Origin: Eledone cirrhosa
Taxonomy: Eukaryota
DNA: 64,000 nt
Direction: 5' to 3'
Assembly (NCBI GenBank): GCA_964016885.1
Contig: OZ024764.1
Span: 6,448,001-6,512,000 of the forward strand
The position numbers were made by a program, and so were the translations under genes. Positions 26,780-39,030 of this stretch are shown in pieces (position 1 is the stretch's first letter; each line of letters opens with the position of its first letter). The notes under the pieces were generated by a model. The model was not told the origin of the DNA. It ran no database searches and saw only the letters and a program-made list of their open reading frames with translations.

Positions 26780-27410
26780 GTGAGTATGAATTTGTAGGTA
26801 TGTATCTGTGTATGTGTGTGTATCTATGTATGAATGTATGTGTATGTATGTGTGTACATTTATGTATGTATGTGTATGTATCTACGTATGTATGTATATC
26901 TACGTATATATGTATGTGTATGTATGTATGTATGTATGTATGTGTCTACGTATGTATGTATGTATATCTATGTATGTATGTGTCTATGTATGTGTCTACG
27001 TATGTATGTATGTGTCTATGTATATATCTACGTATGTATGTATGTATCTACGTATGTATGTATGTATATCTATGTATGTATGTGTCTATGTATGTATGTA
27101 TGTATGTATGTATGTATGTATGTATGTGTCTATGTATGTATGTATGTGTCTATGTATGTATGTATGTATATCTATGTATGTATGTATCTACGTATGTATG
27201 TATATCTATGTATGTATGTGTCTCTGTATGTATATCTATGTATGTATGTGTGTATGTATGTGTCTATGTATGTATGTATGTATGTATATCTATGTATGTA
27301 TGTGTCTATGTATGTATATCTATGTATGTATGTGTCTATGTATGTGTCTATGTATGTATATCTATGTATGTATGTGTCTATGTATGTGTCTATGTATGTA
27401 TGTATGTGTA
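26780..27410. repeat. (TATG)n-based microsatellite
   Basis: Direct reading. Confidence 0.9.
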
Positions 27411-27616
27411 ACAGTACACTAGTTTTTACTTCCTGAAACACAACAGTTATTGTAAGGAAATATTGTAGATGTTGGAGGGGGAGTACGGTGATGGTGGTGG
27501 ATGTACGGTGATGGTGGGGGTTGTGTAGTGGTGGTGGTGGTGGTGGATGTACGGTGATGGTGAGGTGGGGTGCTAGTAACCATATTGTTTGTATATATGT
27601 ACATATGTATGTATGT

Positions 27617-28005
27617 ATCATCATCATCATCATCATCATCGTCGTTTAACGTCCATCTTCCACGCTTGCATGGGTTTGGACGGGAGGTTTCCCACTTGAG
27701 GCAAGAGTGGTTGTCCTGCTCGCATAGGACTGTCTGGCGGGTTTTCTACAGCTGGATGCCCTTCCTAACACCAACCACGTTTACAGTGTGGGACTGGGAG
27801 GTTTTTACCGTGTTGCCTACACGGCCACATTACAGCGTGGACTGTGTGTTTTTTTTGTCGTGACACCTACACGACCTCATTTGTTTCAGGCTGGATGTTG
27901 TGGTACCAACATAACTTTACAGAGAAAGGGGTGGTGTGGATGGGGTGGGGGTAGTGGGACGGGGGTGTATTTTTGTTAGAGGTGCCTACTGACTGTAGGT
28001 TTCGC
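27617..28005 (-). mobile_element. RTE-type LINE 3'UTR copy
   Basis: Reverse complement of 49660-50043. Confidence 0.8.
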
Positions 28006-28027
28006 ATATATATATATATACTAGTTT

Positions 28028-28255
28028 AATATTAATAAATGAGAAATATTCTCATAATCAAAATATATATTGTATTATACATATTTCTAAGGTACAATGG
28101 TGTTTAAGTACGTTTTCTTAAACACCATTGTATCTTTGAAATGTGTATAATAAAGTATATATTTTGATTATGAGAATATTTCTCATTTATTAATATTTTG
28201 AATAATATTAAATACTCCAGGAAAATCTACTGTTGAGTGCTTCTAATCTATTGTA
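28028..28255 (+). mobile_element. Fold-back (IR 28028-28108 / 28117-28197) of a family-A-related Penelope-like module
   Basis: ~80-bp IR; right arm has GAAAtgtgtaTAataaa (3' half of hammerhead); tail tactccag...ctgttgagtgct like family A. Confidence 0.6.
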
Positions 28256-28497
28256 AAATTGTATTTGTTGAGTAATCAACGAACCATATTAATCTTTGGT
28301 TATGTACTAGTATATTTAGATTTACAGCCATGTCGGAGCAACTCCGTTTATCGATTTCTTCTTGCTTAACTGCTAAGTTACAAGACTTGGACACACAACA
28401 CCACCCCACACACACACACATATATGTATATGTGAGTGTATGTGTGTATATATATATATATGTGTGTATATATATATATCCATATATATATATATAT

Positions 28498-28837
28498 ATC
28501 ATCATCATCATCATTTTACGTCCGCTTTTCCCTCCTTGCAAGGGTGGGACGGGAACTGATTCTGGCTTGATTTCTACAGCTGGATGCCCTTCCTAACACC
28601 AACCTCATTTACAGTGAGTGCTGGGTGCTTTTTTGCCGTGGCACCTCCACGACCACTTTGCAGTGGAATGATAGGGGCCCCAGTCCCTATCATCTCATTT
28701 CTACAGCTGAGTAAACTGGAGCAATGTGAAAATAAAGTGTCTTGCTCAAGGAAACAACACATCACCCGGTCTGAGAATTGAACTCACAACCTTTCGATTG
28801 CAGGGCCAATGCTCTAACCACTAAGCCATGTGCCTCC
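28498..28837 (-). mobile_element. SINE family 1, full length
   Basis: Reverse complement match including head ggaggcacatggcttagtgg. Confidence 0.9.
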
Positions 28838-29519
28838 ATTATTATATATATATATATATACATACATACACACACACACCGCAATTTTCAATTTGTCAAG
28901 CTATTTAAACGTAATGTTATTACCCTAAGGACCTACCCTTATTGAGTACTTTGCTACTCATTCCTTATTGTAGGTCAACTTTGCTTGGCCACTGCCAAAG
29001 CTTCGATTTTACTAAGCTTCCACTTATATTATATATATATACACACATATATATATATATACACACACATATATATATATACACACATATATATATACTC
29101 AGTAAATTGTTCACTAATTCTGATCTGTAACCAAACCAGACAATATATGAAATGTGGTGGTGGTGGTGGTGGTGGTGTGTGTGGGGGAGGGGTGATGGTA
29201 GCCTGCCAGAGGGCCAACAGTGTCCTGTCTGTCACATTGTCACACACACACACACACACACAGATTTCCTCCCCCTGGGGGGGTAGGGGGTCTAGGTAGT
29301 GGTGGGGTGTTTGCTGTCATTGTGAAATAGCTGGACCAACAGGTAGATAGATAGATATTATGTATTGTATCAATTAGTCAGGTGTCTAATTCCACCCCCA
29401 CCTCACCCCGTCTCTGGGTTCCCCCTCCTCCTCTCACCTGACACAATTACAGCCCCCCCCCACACACACATCACTTCTGTCAGCAGCTAGTGTAGGGTGG
29501 ATGGTGGATAATATATATA

Positions 29520-29580
<61 letters not shown>

Positions 29581-29634
29581 CACACACACATACATATATA
29601 TATATATGTGTATATGTATATGCACACATACATT

Positions 29635-29672
<38 letters not shown>

Positions 29673-29813
29673 TATATATATGTATATGTATATACACATA
29701 TATACACACACACATATATATACATATATACATAATATATATATTTTGCTAGCAGGGAAAGCCACCTTTACAAAAATATAATGCTGATATATGTATATAT
29801 ATGTGTGTTTGTG

Positions 29814-29902
<89 letters not shown>

Positions 29903-30033
29903 GTGTGTGAATGTATATATGTATGTGTGTGTGTTTGTATATATATATATATGTGTGTGTGTGTATATATATATGTGTGTATATTTATGTATGTGTGTGT
30001 ATATATATATGTGTGTGCGTGTGTTTGAATATG

Positions 30034-30066
<33 letters not shown>

Positions 30067-30115
30067 ATATATGTATGTGTGTGTGTATATATGTGTGTGC
30101 GTGTGTTTGAATATG

Positions 30116-30156
<41 letters not shown>

Positions 30157-30704
30157 ATATATGTATGTGTGTGTGTTTGAATATGTATATATATGTGTGT
30201 GTGTTTGAATATGTATATATATATGTGTGTGTGTGTGTATATATATATATGTGTGTGTATATATATATTTATGTATGTGTATGTATATATATATATGTGT
30301 GTGCATGTGTTTGTATATGTATGTGCGTATACATGTATGTATGTGTGTGTATATATATGTGTGTGTTTGTATATGTATGTATATATATGTATGTGTGTAT
30401 ATATATGTGTGTGTGTATATATATATATTATACTATAGGTATGAGTGATGTTGTTCTTATCACAATTAGTTCATCTTTGATTGTGGAGGAGCGGTGGGTG
30501 GGTGGTGTTGTGATAATGTGATGATGAAAGATCTAACAGTGATGGTGGTGTTGGCGCCGTCGTGATGGTGGCGGTGGTGTAGTGGTGGTAGTGGTGATGG
30601 TGGCGGTGATGGTGGCATCGTTCACCGCCACCACCCAAATTCCATCTCTATTTATAACTAGGACATGGATCTTGGAAACTAGTTTAAAACACTGAGGCGG
30701 GGTG

Positions 30705-30744
<40 letters not shown>

Positions 30745-30949
30745 AGTGTTTATATGTATATATGTATATATATATACAGACAGATAGATGTAAATGCCTC
30801 CTGATTATAATATATAGATATGTCTATTTTACTGATTTTTTCTTGTGTATTTTTGGCTGATTCTTCTAGAAACGTGTAAGAAGATAAAGATTAGTTAATG
30901 TTTCATATATATATATTATATATATATATACACACATATGTATATATAA

Positions 30950-30982
<33 letters not shown>

Positions 30983-31586
30983 AGATAACAAGATATCGTT
31001 TAAGGTAATCCAAGTAGACATACAGGACTAATGAAACAATTGTTAATACTTTAAATAAACCCTATTGTACTCTTTTATTACATATATATATATACATATC
31101 TGCTTCCCCTCTCTCTGTATCTCTCACCTTCTTTATACCCTCTCTGCCAGTCACACTCTCTCTCTGCTGGCCTCTTCCTCACACTTCCACTCACCCACTC
31201 TCTGCTTCTCCCCCTCTCTCACTTCCTCCCGTTTGACCTGTGTGAAATCCTCTTCTCTCTCACACCTCACCCATGTCGGATGGTCTGTATCTCTCGTCCA
31301 TGATTTCACCAATCTTAAGCTTACAGATATCATGTACTTGTCTCTTCCTATCTTTCCGTTGCAATACCATCTTTGTTTGTTTACATGTCTTGCTCGCTTC
31401 ACCCTATTTTACTTGTCCCAATAACTGTATTTAGTTATTGTTCGCACCAACCAGAGGTATATGATTTTTAAAGCGATGAAATACCAATGAAGGTTGGAAG
31501 ATCACTGATGAAGGACTAACTTTATTCATATGTAACCCATGTGCAACCACGCAACACTCCATTTTTCTTATATTTATATATTTATA

Positions 31587-31631
<45 letters not shown>

Positions 31632-31700
31632 AAAAAGAGATGAAATCGAAAATGCAACTGGAGTCTTATTTTTTTAAAAAATATATATATTTATTTGGTT

Positions 31701-31738
31701 CCTTTACCGGTTTCGCAGTTCTTCTGCTTTTCAAAAGG
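31701..31738 (-). ncRNA. Minimal type-I hammerhead, U3-A8 variant, GUA site (copy 1 of 4)
   Basis: RC: cctt TTGAAAA gcag-aagaa-ctgc GAAA ccgg T A aagg. Confidence 0.75.
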
Positions 31739-31804
31739 TGAGTTGAGATGGAGGGTCTGTGGTTTTGGTAAAGGAACCAAATAAATATATATATTTATTT
31801 GGTT

Positions 31805-31842
31805 CCTTTACCGGTTTCGCAGTTCTTCTGCTTTTCAAAAGG
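31805..31842 (-). ncRNA. Minimal hammerhead family F, copy 2
   Basis: Identical to copy 1, +104 bp. Confidence 0.75.
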
Positions 31843-31908
31843 TGAGTTGAGATGGAGGGTCTGTGGTTTTGGTAAAGGAACCAAATAAATATATATATTT
31901 ATTTGGTT

Positions 31909-31946
31909 CCTTTACCGGTTTCGCAGTTCTTCTGCTTTTCAAAAGG
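31909..31946 (-). ncRNA. Minimal hammerhead family F, copy 3
   Basis: Identical, +208 bp. Confidence 0.75.
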
Positions 31947-32012
31947 TGAGTTGAGATGGAGGGTCTGTGGTTTTGGTAAAGGAACCAAATAAATATATAT
32001 ATTTATTTGGTT

Positions 32013-32050
32013 CCTTTACCGGTTTCGCAGTTCTTCTGCTTTTCAAAAGG
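32013..32050 (-). ncRNA. Minimal hammerhead family F, copy 4
   Basis: Identical, +312 bp. Confidence 0.75.
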
Positions 32051-32217
32051 TGAGTTGAGATGGAGGGTCTGTGGTTTTGGTAAAGGAACCAAATAAATAT
32101 ATATATTTTTTTAAAAAATAAGACTCCAGTTGCATTTTCGATTTCATCTCTTTTTCTTTATACTTTCACTCGTGTAGGACACCTCGGTTATTTTTCATTT
32201 TGTAAAAAAAACCTCAC

Positions 32218-32279
<62 letters not shown>

Positions 32280-32281
32280 AT

Positions 32282-32561
32282 GTAAAAGCTAAACAGAAAT
32301 AACAACACAATCGGTACAGTATATGGAAGGAATATATTAGGTTAACACTTGATATAGCAGGAAGAGGGTCTTAACGTTTCGAACGCTAGTCCTTCATCAG
32401 AAGAAAGAATGAGAAATTAGATTGAGGGGACGGGTGGGGTGGAATTGGAAAAAAAATGTCTTTAGATAAAAATAACAGGTCCATTCATGTTGACATCTCT
32501 TGCAAAACTGTTGGTGCTGGCGTTTTGTGTATGGTTTATTTTTTAGAAAAGTGGATGATGG
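32282..32561 (-). mobile_element. Family B module with hammerhead at 32369-32404
   Basis: RC: tctt CTGATGA a ggac-tagc-gttc GAAAC GTT aaga. Confidence 0.7.
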
Positions 32562-32612
<51 letters not shown>

Positions 32613-32756
32613 GAGGTTATATTAATAGAATATTTATAGAACAAATTTGTATTTTATCAAAATTTGCCATGGTTGCCCTTAAAATATATATAATAAAATA
32701 ATTAAGGTTTTATAAATATAGTTTCCAGTTATTAATATATTGTATATATATATATA

Positions 32757-32893
32757 TCATCATCATCATCGTTTAACGTCCATGTTCCACGCTTGCATGG
32801 GTTTGGACGGGAGTTTTCCCACTTGAGGCAAGGGTGGTTGTCTTGCTCGCATAGGACTGTCTGGCGGGTTTTCTACAGCTGGATGGCCTTCCT
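32757..32893 (-). mobile_element. RTE-type 3' tail fragment
   Basis: Matches 27630-27765. Confidence 0.75.
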
Positions 32894-32904
32894 ATATATA
32901 TATA

Positions 32905-33225
32905 TAAATGGCGTAGGATAGAAGAAAGAAAAGGCACAGAAACGAAGAGAAGAAAGGAATCCCCAGTCACTGAAGAGGTCACAGAGTGTGTGACGAAAGG
33001 ACTATGACTATATATATAAACAACTATCTGGTTGTGGAACCAACCAACCAACCAGAAATTTATAAGTTTGTAGATTTGTAAATTTATAAATATATAATAA
33101 ATTGAAGTGAAAGCAACTGGTGCGTGTGTTTCTTATTGGCAACATGACCCTCCCAAAGTATAACAATATCGGTTTCAACACACGATTTCAGATAAAGAAT
33201 CTTGCTAAACAAATTCAGAAACGAA
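32905..33225 (+). mobile_element. Penelope-like module family C
   Basis: Homologous to 57715-57968 (-); TA-flanked; hammerhead at 32965-33009. Confidence 0.65.
32965..33009 (+). ncRNA. Minimal hammerhead, family C (CUA site)
   Basis: agtca CTGAAGA g gtcaca-gagtg-tgtgac GAAA ggac T A tgact. Confidence 0.72.
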
Positions 33226-33257
<32 letters not shown>

Positions 33258-33456
33258 AATAGCCAGGTGGTACTATTAAGTTAGACATGGCCTGGGCTAA
33301 TACTTGCCAAAACCTATCAAAGTTATATATATATGTATAATCCTCGTTGTTTAATGTTCCATGCTTGCATGGGTTTGATGGATTGTTAAATTATGAGACA
33401 AATTATGATGACGATGATGATGATATATATATGTGTGTGTGTGTGTGTGTATATAT

Positions 33457-33595
33457 TTCATTATAATGAAATTCCCGTTGTAATGAAAAGTACTCTTTAC
33501 AACGAGATCGACCTAACACATTAAGTATGAAAAAATGTTGTTATAGTGAAAAATGTTGTTATAATGGTATTTATTGTAACAGAATTTTACCTGTA
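33457..33595. mobile_element. Possible pogo/Tigger-type MITE end
   Basis: Repeated gttataa/ttgtaa motifs ending ...ttttacctg-TA; partner TIR not found. Confidence 0.4.
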
Positions 33596-33819
33596 TACAA
33601 TGACAGAACACAGGTGAGTTGTATCCACAGTGGTGGAGCACTGAGTCCATTGGACGAGTTTGGTAGAAGTAGTTCCACAACAGTTAGTACACCATATTGT
33701 TCACAGAAATGGTCTACTAAATGTTGTGGGACTACTTATATATATATATATATATATATATTTGTCCCACCCTTGCAAGCAGGGAAGAGCGGACGTAAAG
33801 TGATGAGGATGATATATCG

Positions 33820-36070
33820 GCCCACACTGTAAAGTGGTCATGTAGGTGTCACAACAAAAAGTACCCAGTCCACACTGTAAAGTGGTCATGTAGGTGACAC
33901 AACAAAAAGTACCCAGTCCACACTGTAAAGTGGTCATGTAGGTGTCACAACAAAAAGTACCCAGTCCACACTGTAAAGTGGTCATGTAGGTGTCACAACA
34001 AAAAGTACCCAGTCCACACTGTAAAGTAGTCATGTAGGTGTCACAACATAAAGTACCCAGTCTACACTGTAAAGTGGTCATGTAGGTGTCACAACAAAAA
34101 GTACCCAGTCCACACTGTAAAGTGGTCATGTAGGTGTCACAACAAAAAGTACCCAGCCCACACTGTAAAGTGGTCATGTAGGTGTCACAACAAAAAGTAC
34201 CCAGTCCACACTGTAAAGTGGTCATGTAGGTGTCACAACAAAAAGTACCCAGTCCACACTGTAAAGTGGTCATGTAGGTGTCACAACAAAAAGTACCCAG
34301 TCCACACTGTAAAGTGGTCATGTAGGTGTCACAACAAAAAGTACCCAGTCCACACTGTAAAGTAGTCATGTAGGTGTCACAACAAAAAGTACCCAGTCCA
34401 CACTGTAAAGTAGTCATGTAGGTGTCACAACAAAAAGTACCCAGTCCACACTGTAAAGTAGTCATGTAGGTGTCACAACATAAAGTACCCAGCCCACACT
34501 GTAAAGTGGTCATGTAGGTGTCACAACATAAAGTACCCAGTCCACACTGTAAAGTGGTCATGTAGGTGTCACAACAAAAAGCACCCAGTCCACACTGTAA
34601 AGTGGTCATGTAGGTGTCACAACATAAAGTACCCAGTCCACACTGTAAAGTGGTCATGTAGGTGTCACAACATAAAGTACCCAGCCCACACTGTAAAGTG
34701 GTCATGTAGGTGTCACAACATAAAGTACCCAGCCCACACTGTAAAGTGGTCATGTAGGTGTCACAACATAAAGTACCCAGTCCACACTGTAAAGTGGTCA
34801 TGTAGGTGTCACAACATAAAGTACCCAGCCCACACTGTAAAGTGGTCATGTAGGTGTCACAACAAAAAGTACCCAGTCCACACTGTAAAGTGGTCATGTA
34901 AGTGTCACAACAAAAAACACCCAGCCCACACTGTAAAGTGGTCATGTAGGTGTCACAACAAAAAGTACCCAGTCCACACTGTAAAGTGGTCATGTAGGTG
35001 TCACAACAAAAAGTACCCAGTCCACTGTAAAGTGGTCATGTAGGTGTCACAACAAAAAGTACCCAGTCCACTGTAAAGTGGACATGTAGGTGTCACAACA
35101 AAAAACACCCAGCCCACACTGTAAAGTGGTCATGTAGGTGTCACAACAAAAAGTACCCAGTCCACACTGTAAAGTGGTCATGTAGGTGTCACAACAAAAA
35201 GTACCCAGTCCACTGTAAAGTGGTCATGTAGGTGTCACAACAAAAAGTACCCAGTCCACTGTAAAGTGGACATGTAGGTGTCACAACAAAAAACACCCAG
35301 CCCACACTGTAAAGTGGTCATGTAGGTGTCACAACAAAAAGTACCCAGTCCACACTGTAAAGTGGTCATGTAGGTGTCACAACATAAAGTACCCAGTCCA
35401 CACTGTAAAGTAGTCATGTAGGTGTCACAACAAAAAGTACCCAGTCCACACTGTAAAGTAGTCATGTAGGTGTCACAACAAAAAGTACCCAGTCCACACT
35501 GTAAAGTGGTCATGTAGGTGTCACAACAAAAAACACCCAGCCCACACTGTAAAGTGGTCATATAGGTGTCACAACAAAAAACACCCAGCCCACACTGTAA
35601 AGTGGTCATGTAGGTATCACAACAAAAAGTACCCAGTCCATACTGTAAAGTGGTCATGTAGGTGTCACAACAAAAAACACCCAGCCCACACTGTAAAGTG
35701 GTCATGTAGGTGTCACAACAAAAAACACCCAGCCCACACTGTAAAGTGGTCATGTAGGTGTCATGACAAAAAGTACCCAGTCCACTGTAAAGTGGACATG
35801 TAGGTGTCACAACAAACAACACCCAGTCCACACTGTAAAGTGGTCATGTAGGTGACACAACAAAAAACACCCAGTCCACACTGTAAAGTGGCCATGTAGG
35901 TATCACAACAAAAAGTACCCAGTCCACACTGTAAAGTGGTCATGTAGGTGTCACAACAAAAAGTACCCAGTCCACACTGTAAAGTGGTCATGTAGGTGTC
36001 ACAACAAAAAACACCCAGTCCACACTGTAAAGTGGACATGTAGGTGTCACGACAAAAAGTACCCAGCACA
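33820..36070. repeat. 40-bp minisatellite cacactgtaaagtggtcatgtaggtgtcacaacaaaaagtacccagtc, ~56 copies
   Basis: 40-bp period with some 38-bp units; runs into an RTE-type tail at 36070-36217. Confidence 0.95.
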
Positions 36071-36329
36071 CATTGTCAATGTGGTTGGTGCTAAGAAGGG
36101 TATCTAGCTGTAGAAACCTAGCCAGAAACTCTCCTATATGAGCGAGACATGGTCACCCAACCCAACTAACCGTCTAACCCATGTTAGTGTGGAAGATAGA
36201 CGTTAATCGATGATGATGGTGGTGGTGTGGTGGTGGATTCGCTCCTAAAAATTTCTGAAGAAGCACAAATCCTAACAAATGTGTTTATGGAAGACCAGCA
36301 GTCACCCATTGATACTGGACTCCCTTCTC

Positions 36330-36440
36330 CCCACCACAGATGTTGTCCAAGGGAAAGGCTGTGGCTGATACAGCTTGGCACCAGTGATGGGACAACTCAT
36401 TTCTACAGCTGTGTGTCTTGCTCAAGGACACAACACATCA
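36330..36440 (-). mobile_element. Diverged SINE fragment
   Basis: caactcatttctacagctg...gtcttgctcaaggacacaaca. Confidence 0.6.
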
Positions 36441-37303
36441 TTCAGTCCAATGGCAAGCCCAACACCACACCAGTACCACCACCACCATCACCACCACCAT
36501 CAATATTTCTACCTCTATATCAACACCACCATCAACACACCACCCTCACCACATCAATATCACTTCCACCACCAACACACCAATAATATCACCACCACCA
36601 CCACATCAATAACACCACCACCACCACTACACAACACCATCACCACCACCTACACACCACTACACAACACCACCACCAACACACCACTACACAACACCAC
36701 CACCACCACATCAATAACACCCCCACCGCTATCACCAGTACACAACACCACTACCACATCAATAACACCACCACACCACTACACAACAACACCAGCACCA
36801 CCACCACATCAATAACACCCCCACCACTACCACCAGTACACAACACCACTACCACATCAATAACACCACCACTACACAACAACACCACCACCACCACCAC
36901 ATCAATAACACCACCACCACATCAATAACACCACCACTACACAACACCACCACCACCAACACACCAATAATATCACCACCACCAAATAACACCTCCACCA
37001 CTACCACCACTACACAACACCACCACCACCACACCACTACACAACAACACCACCACCACCACATCAATACACCACCACCACCAACACACCACTACACAAC
37101 ACCACCACCACCACCACATCAATAACACGTCCACCACCACCACCACTACACAACACCACCAACACACCACTACACCACACCGCCACCACCACCGCCAACA
37201 CACCACTACACCACACCGCCACCACCACCATCAACCCCACCTCCACCACCCTGCCATCTTCAGACATCTGTGCAAGGATGAGGCTGCTGACACAGGGAAA
37301 GTT

Positions 37304-37618
37304 TTACCAAACTGAATTCAGCACCCAGGTAGAGGTGTGAGGAGAGATAGTGATAGAGAGAGGGGGAGGGGTGCCGTGTGATTGTGATGTGGTTGTATTC
37401 CTGGTGTTGTTATTGATGGTGGTGGTGGTGGTGGAGGGTGGGGTTCTGAAGACAGTGTGTCTGGGATGGTTGATTGTGTGCTGGGTGAGGGAGGGGGGGG
37501 GGGGGTTGTTGTCGTCGTTGATGGAGTTGGTGGTGGTGGTGGTGTTGTTGATAGAGCTGGTGGTGGCAGCGGCGGTGGTGGTGTTGGCCGTTGTAGTGTT
37601 GGAGGAAGGGTGGGGGGG

Positions 37619-37649
<31 letters not shown>

Positions 37650-38185
37650 GGTGTCGGTTGTAGTGTTGGAGGAAGGGTGGGGGGTGTTGTTGTTGTTGGT
37701 GGTGGTGGTGGTGGCGGTAGTGTTGTCAGTTGTAGTGTTGGAGGAAGGGAGTGGGGTGTTGTTGTTGATGGTGGTGGCGGTGATGGTGTTGGGGAGGGGG
37801 GTTGATGGTGGTGGCGGTGGTGGTGTTGGAGGGTTGTTGATGATGATAGTGGTGGTGGCAGTGTTGATGATGATAGAGGTGGTGGTGGTGGTGGTTGTAG
37901 TGTTGGGGGAGGGGGGGGGGGTGATGGTGGTGGCGGTGTTGATGATGATAGTGGTGGTGGTGGTGTTGGGGGAGGGGTGGTGGCAGTGGCGTTGTTGTTG
38001 TTGTTGTTGTTGGTGGTGGTGGAGAAGACTGTCTGGGGTGGTCGGTGGGGGGTGGGGGGTTTGATGGATGGGAGGGTGGATGTGGCCCGGGGGGTGCGGG
38101 GTGGGGGTGTTTGTGGCAAATATAGAAGTTGAGCAGGATGTGAGAACAACATCATCAACAACAAGTACAATAGCTGCAGCATCAT
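37304..38185 (-). CDS. Candidate low-complexity host exon (Pro/Thr-rich or His/Gln-rich, depending on frame)
   Basis: Non-repetitive ends; AG directly before ATG at 38185; one frame starts with signal-peptide-like MMLQLLYLLLMMLFSHPAQL; no recognisable domain. Confidence 0.2.
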
Positions 38186-38201
38186 CTACATGTAGATCAA
38201 T

Positions 38202-38235
<34 letters not shown>

Positions 38236-38364
38236 GCCACTACTACTACTACTACTGTTACTACCACCACTAATACTAGTACTACTACTGCTACTACTAC
38301 TACCACTACCACTACCACTACTGCTGCTATTACTACTACTACTACCACTATTACTACTACCACC

Positions 38365-38444
<80 letters not shown>

Positions 38445-38854
38445 AAAATGTGTATCAATATCACAAATGACTCATCAAATATGTTTAGGTATGTGTGTGT
38501 GTGTATACAGGTATGTGTGTGTGTGTGTGTGTGTATACAGGTATGTGTGTGTGTGTATACAGGTATGTGTGTGTGTGTATACAGGTATGTGTGTGTGTGT
38601 GTGTGTGTGTTTACAGGTATTTAGATATAAATAGTAAAAAGTTATGTATCTATGTATTAATATATATATAGATGTCTGTCTACTTATACATGTTTGTGTG
38701 TTTGCATCTGCATGTGTGTACACATTTGTGTGTAATACACATATATATTTGTAAGTGTATGTATGTATTGGTATGTGTATGTACATTTGTGTGTGTGCGT
38801 GTGTATGTGTGCATGCAAAATGTCAACGGGGGGGGGGGGGGCTACCCAAGAATG

Positions 38855-39030
38855 ATACAGTACAATGAAGAAATATATTAGTTTAAAGCTTGAAATAATA
38901 GGAAAAGTGTCTTAGCGTTTCAGACACTGATCCTTCCTCAGAAGATAGAGATAGATAGAGAAGAGGAGGAAACAGGAAGAAACTTTTTTACAGCAGGAAA
39001 GGAAAGCCTGTATATGTTTAGTCAGCCATT
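38855..39030 (-). mobile_element. Diverged family B module with degenerate hammerhead (38910-38945)
   Basis: RC: tctt CTGAGGA a ggat-cagt-gtct GAAAC GC T aaga (U16.1 lost). Confidence 0.55.

Larger units (their letters stand above)
31625..32225. mobile_element. Penelope-like fold-back module family F: terminal IR 31625-31708 / 32079-32162 enclosing four 104-bp tandem units
   Basis: IR and 104-bp period read directly; flanked by (TA)n. Confidence 0.75.

Noticed and set aside
31505-31520. ctgatgaaggacta (family B 5' half); also 41254-41285 with GATA in place of GAAA
   Set aside because: Truncated or decayed; counted only as remnants, not functional ribozymes.
33701-36069. Cys-rich MTTLQCGLGTFCCDTY repeat proteins (also 59370-60888, 8580-9459, 24167-25117)
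   Set aside because: Translations of retroelement-derived minisatellites; unit-length variants break the frames.
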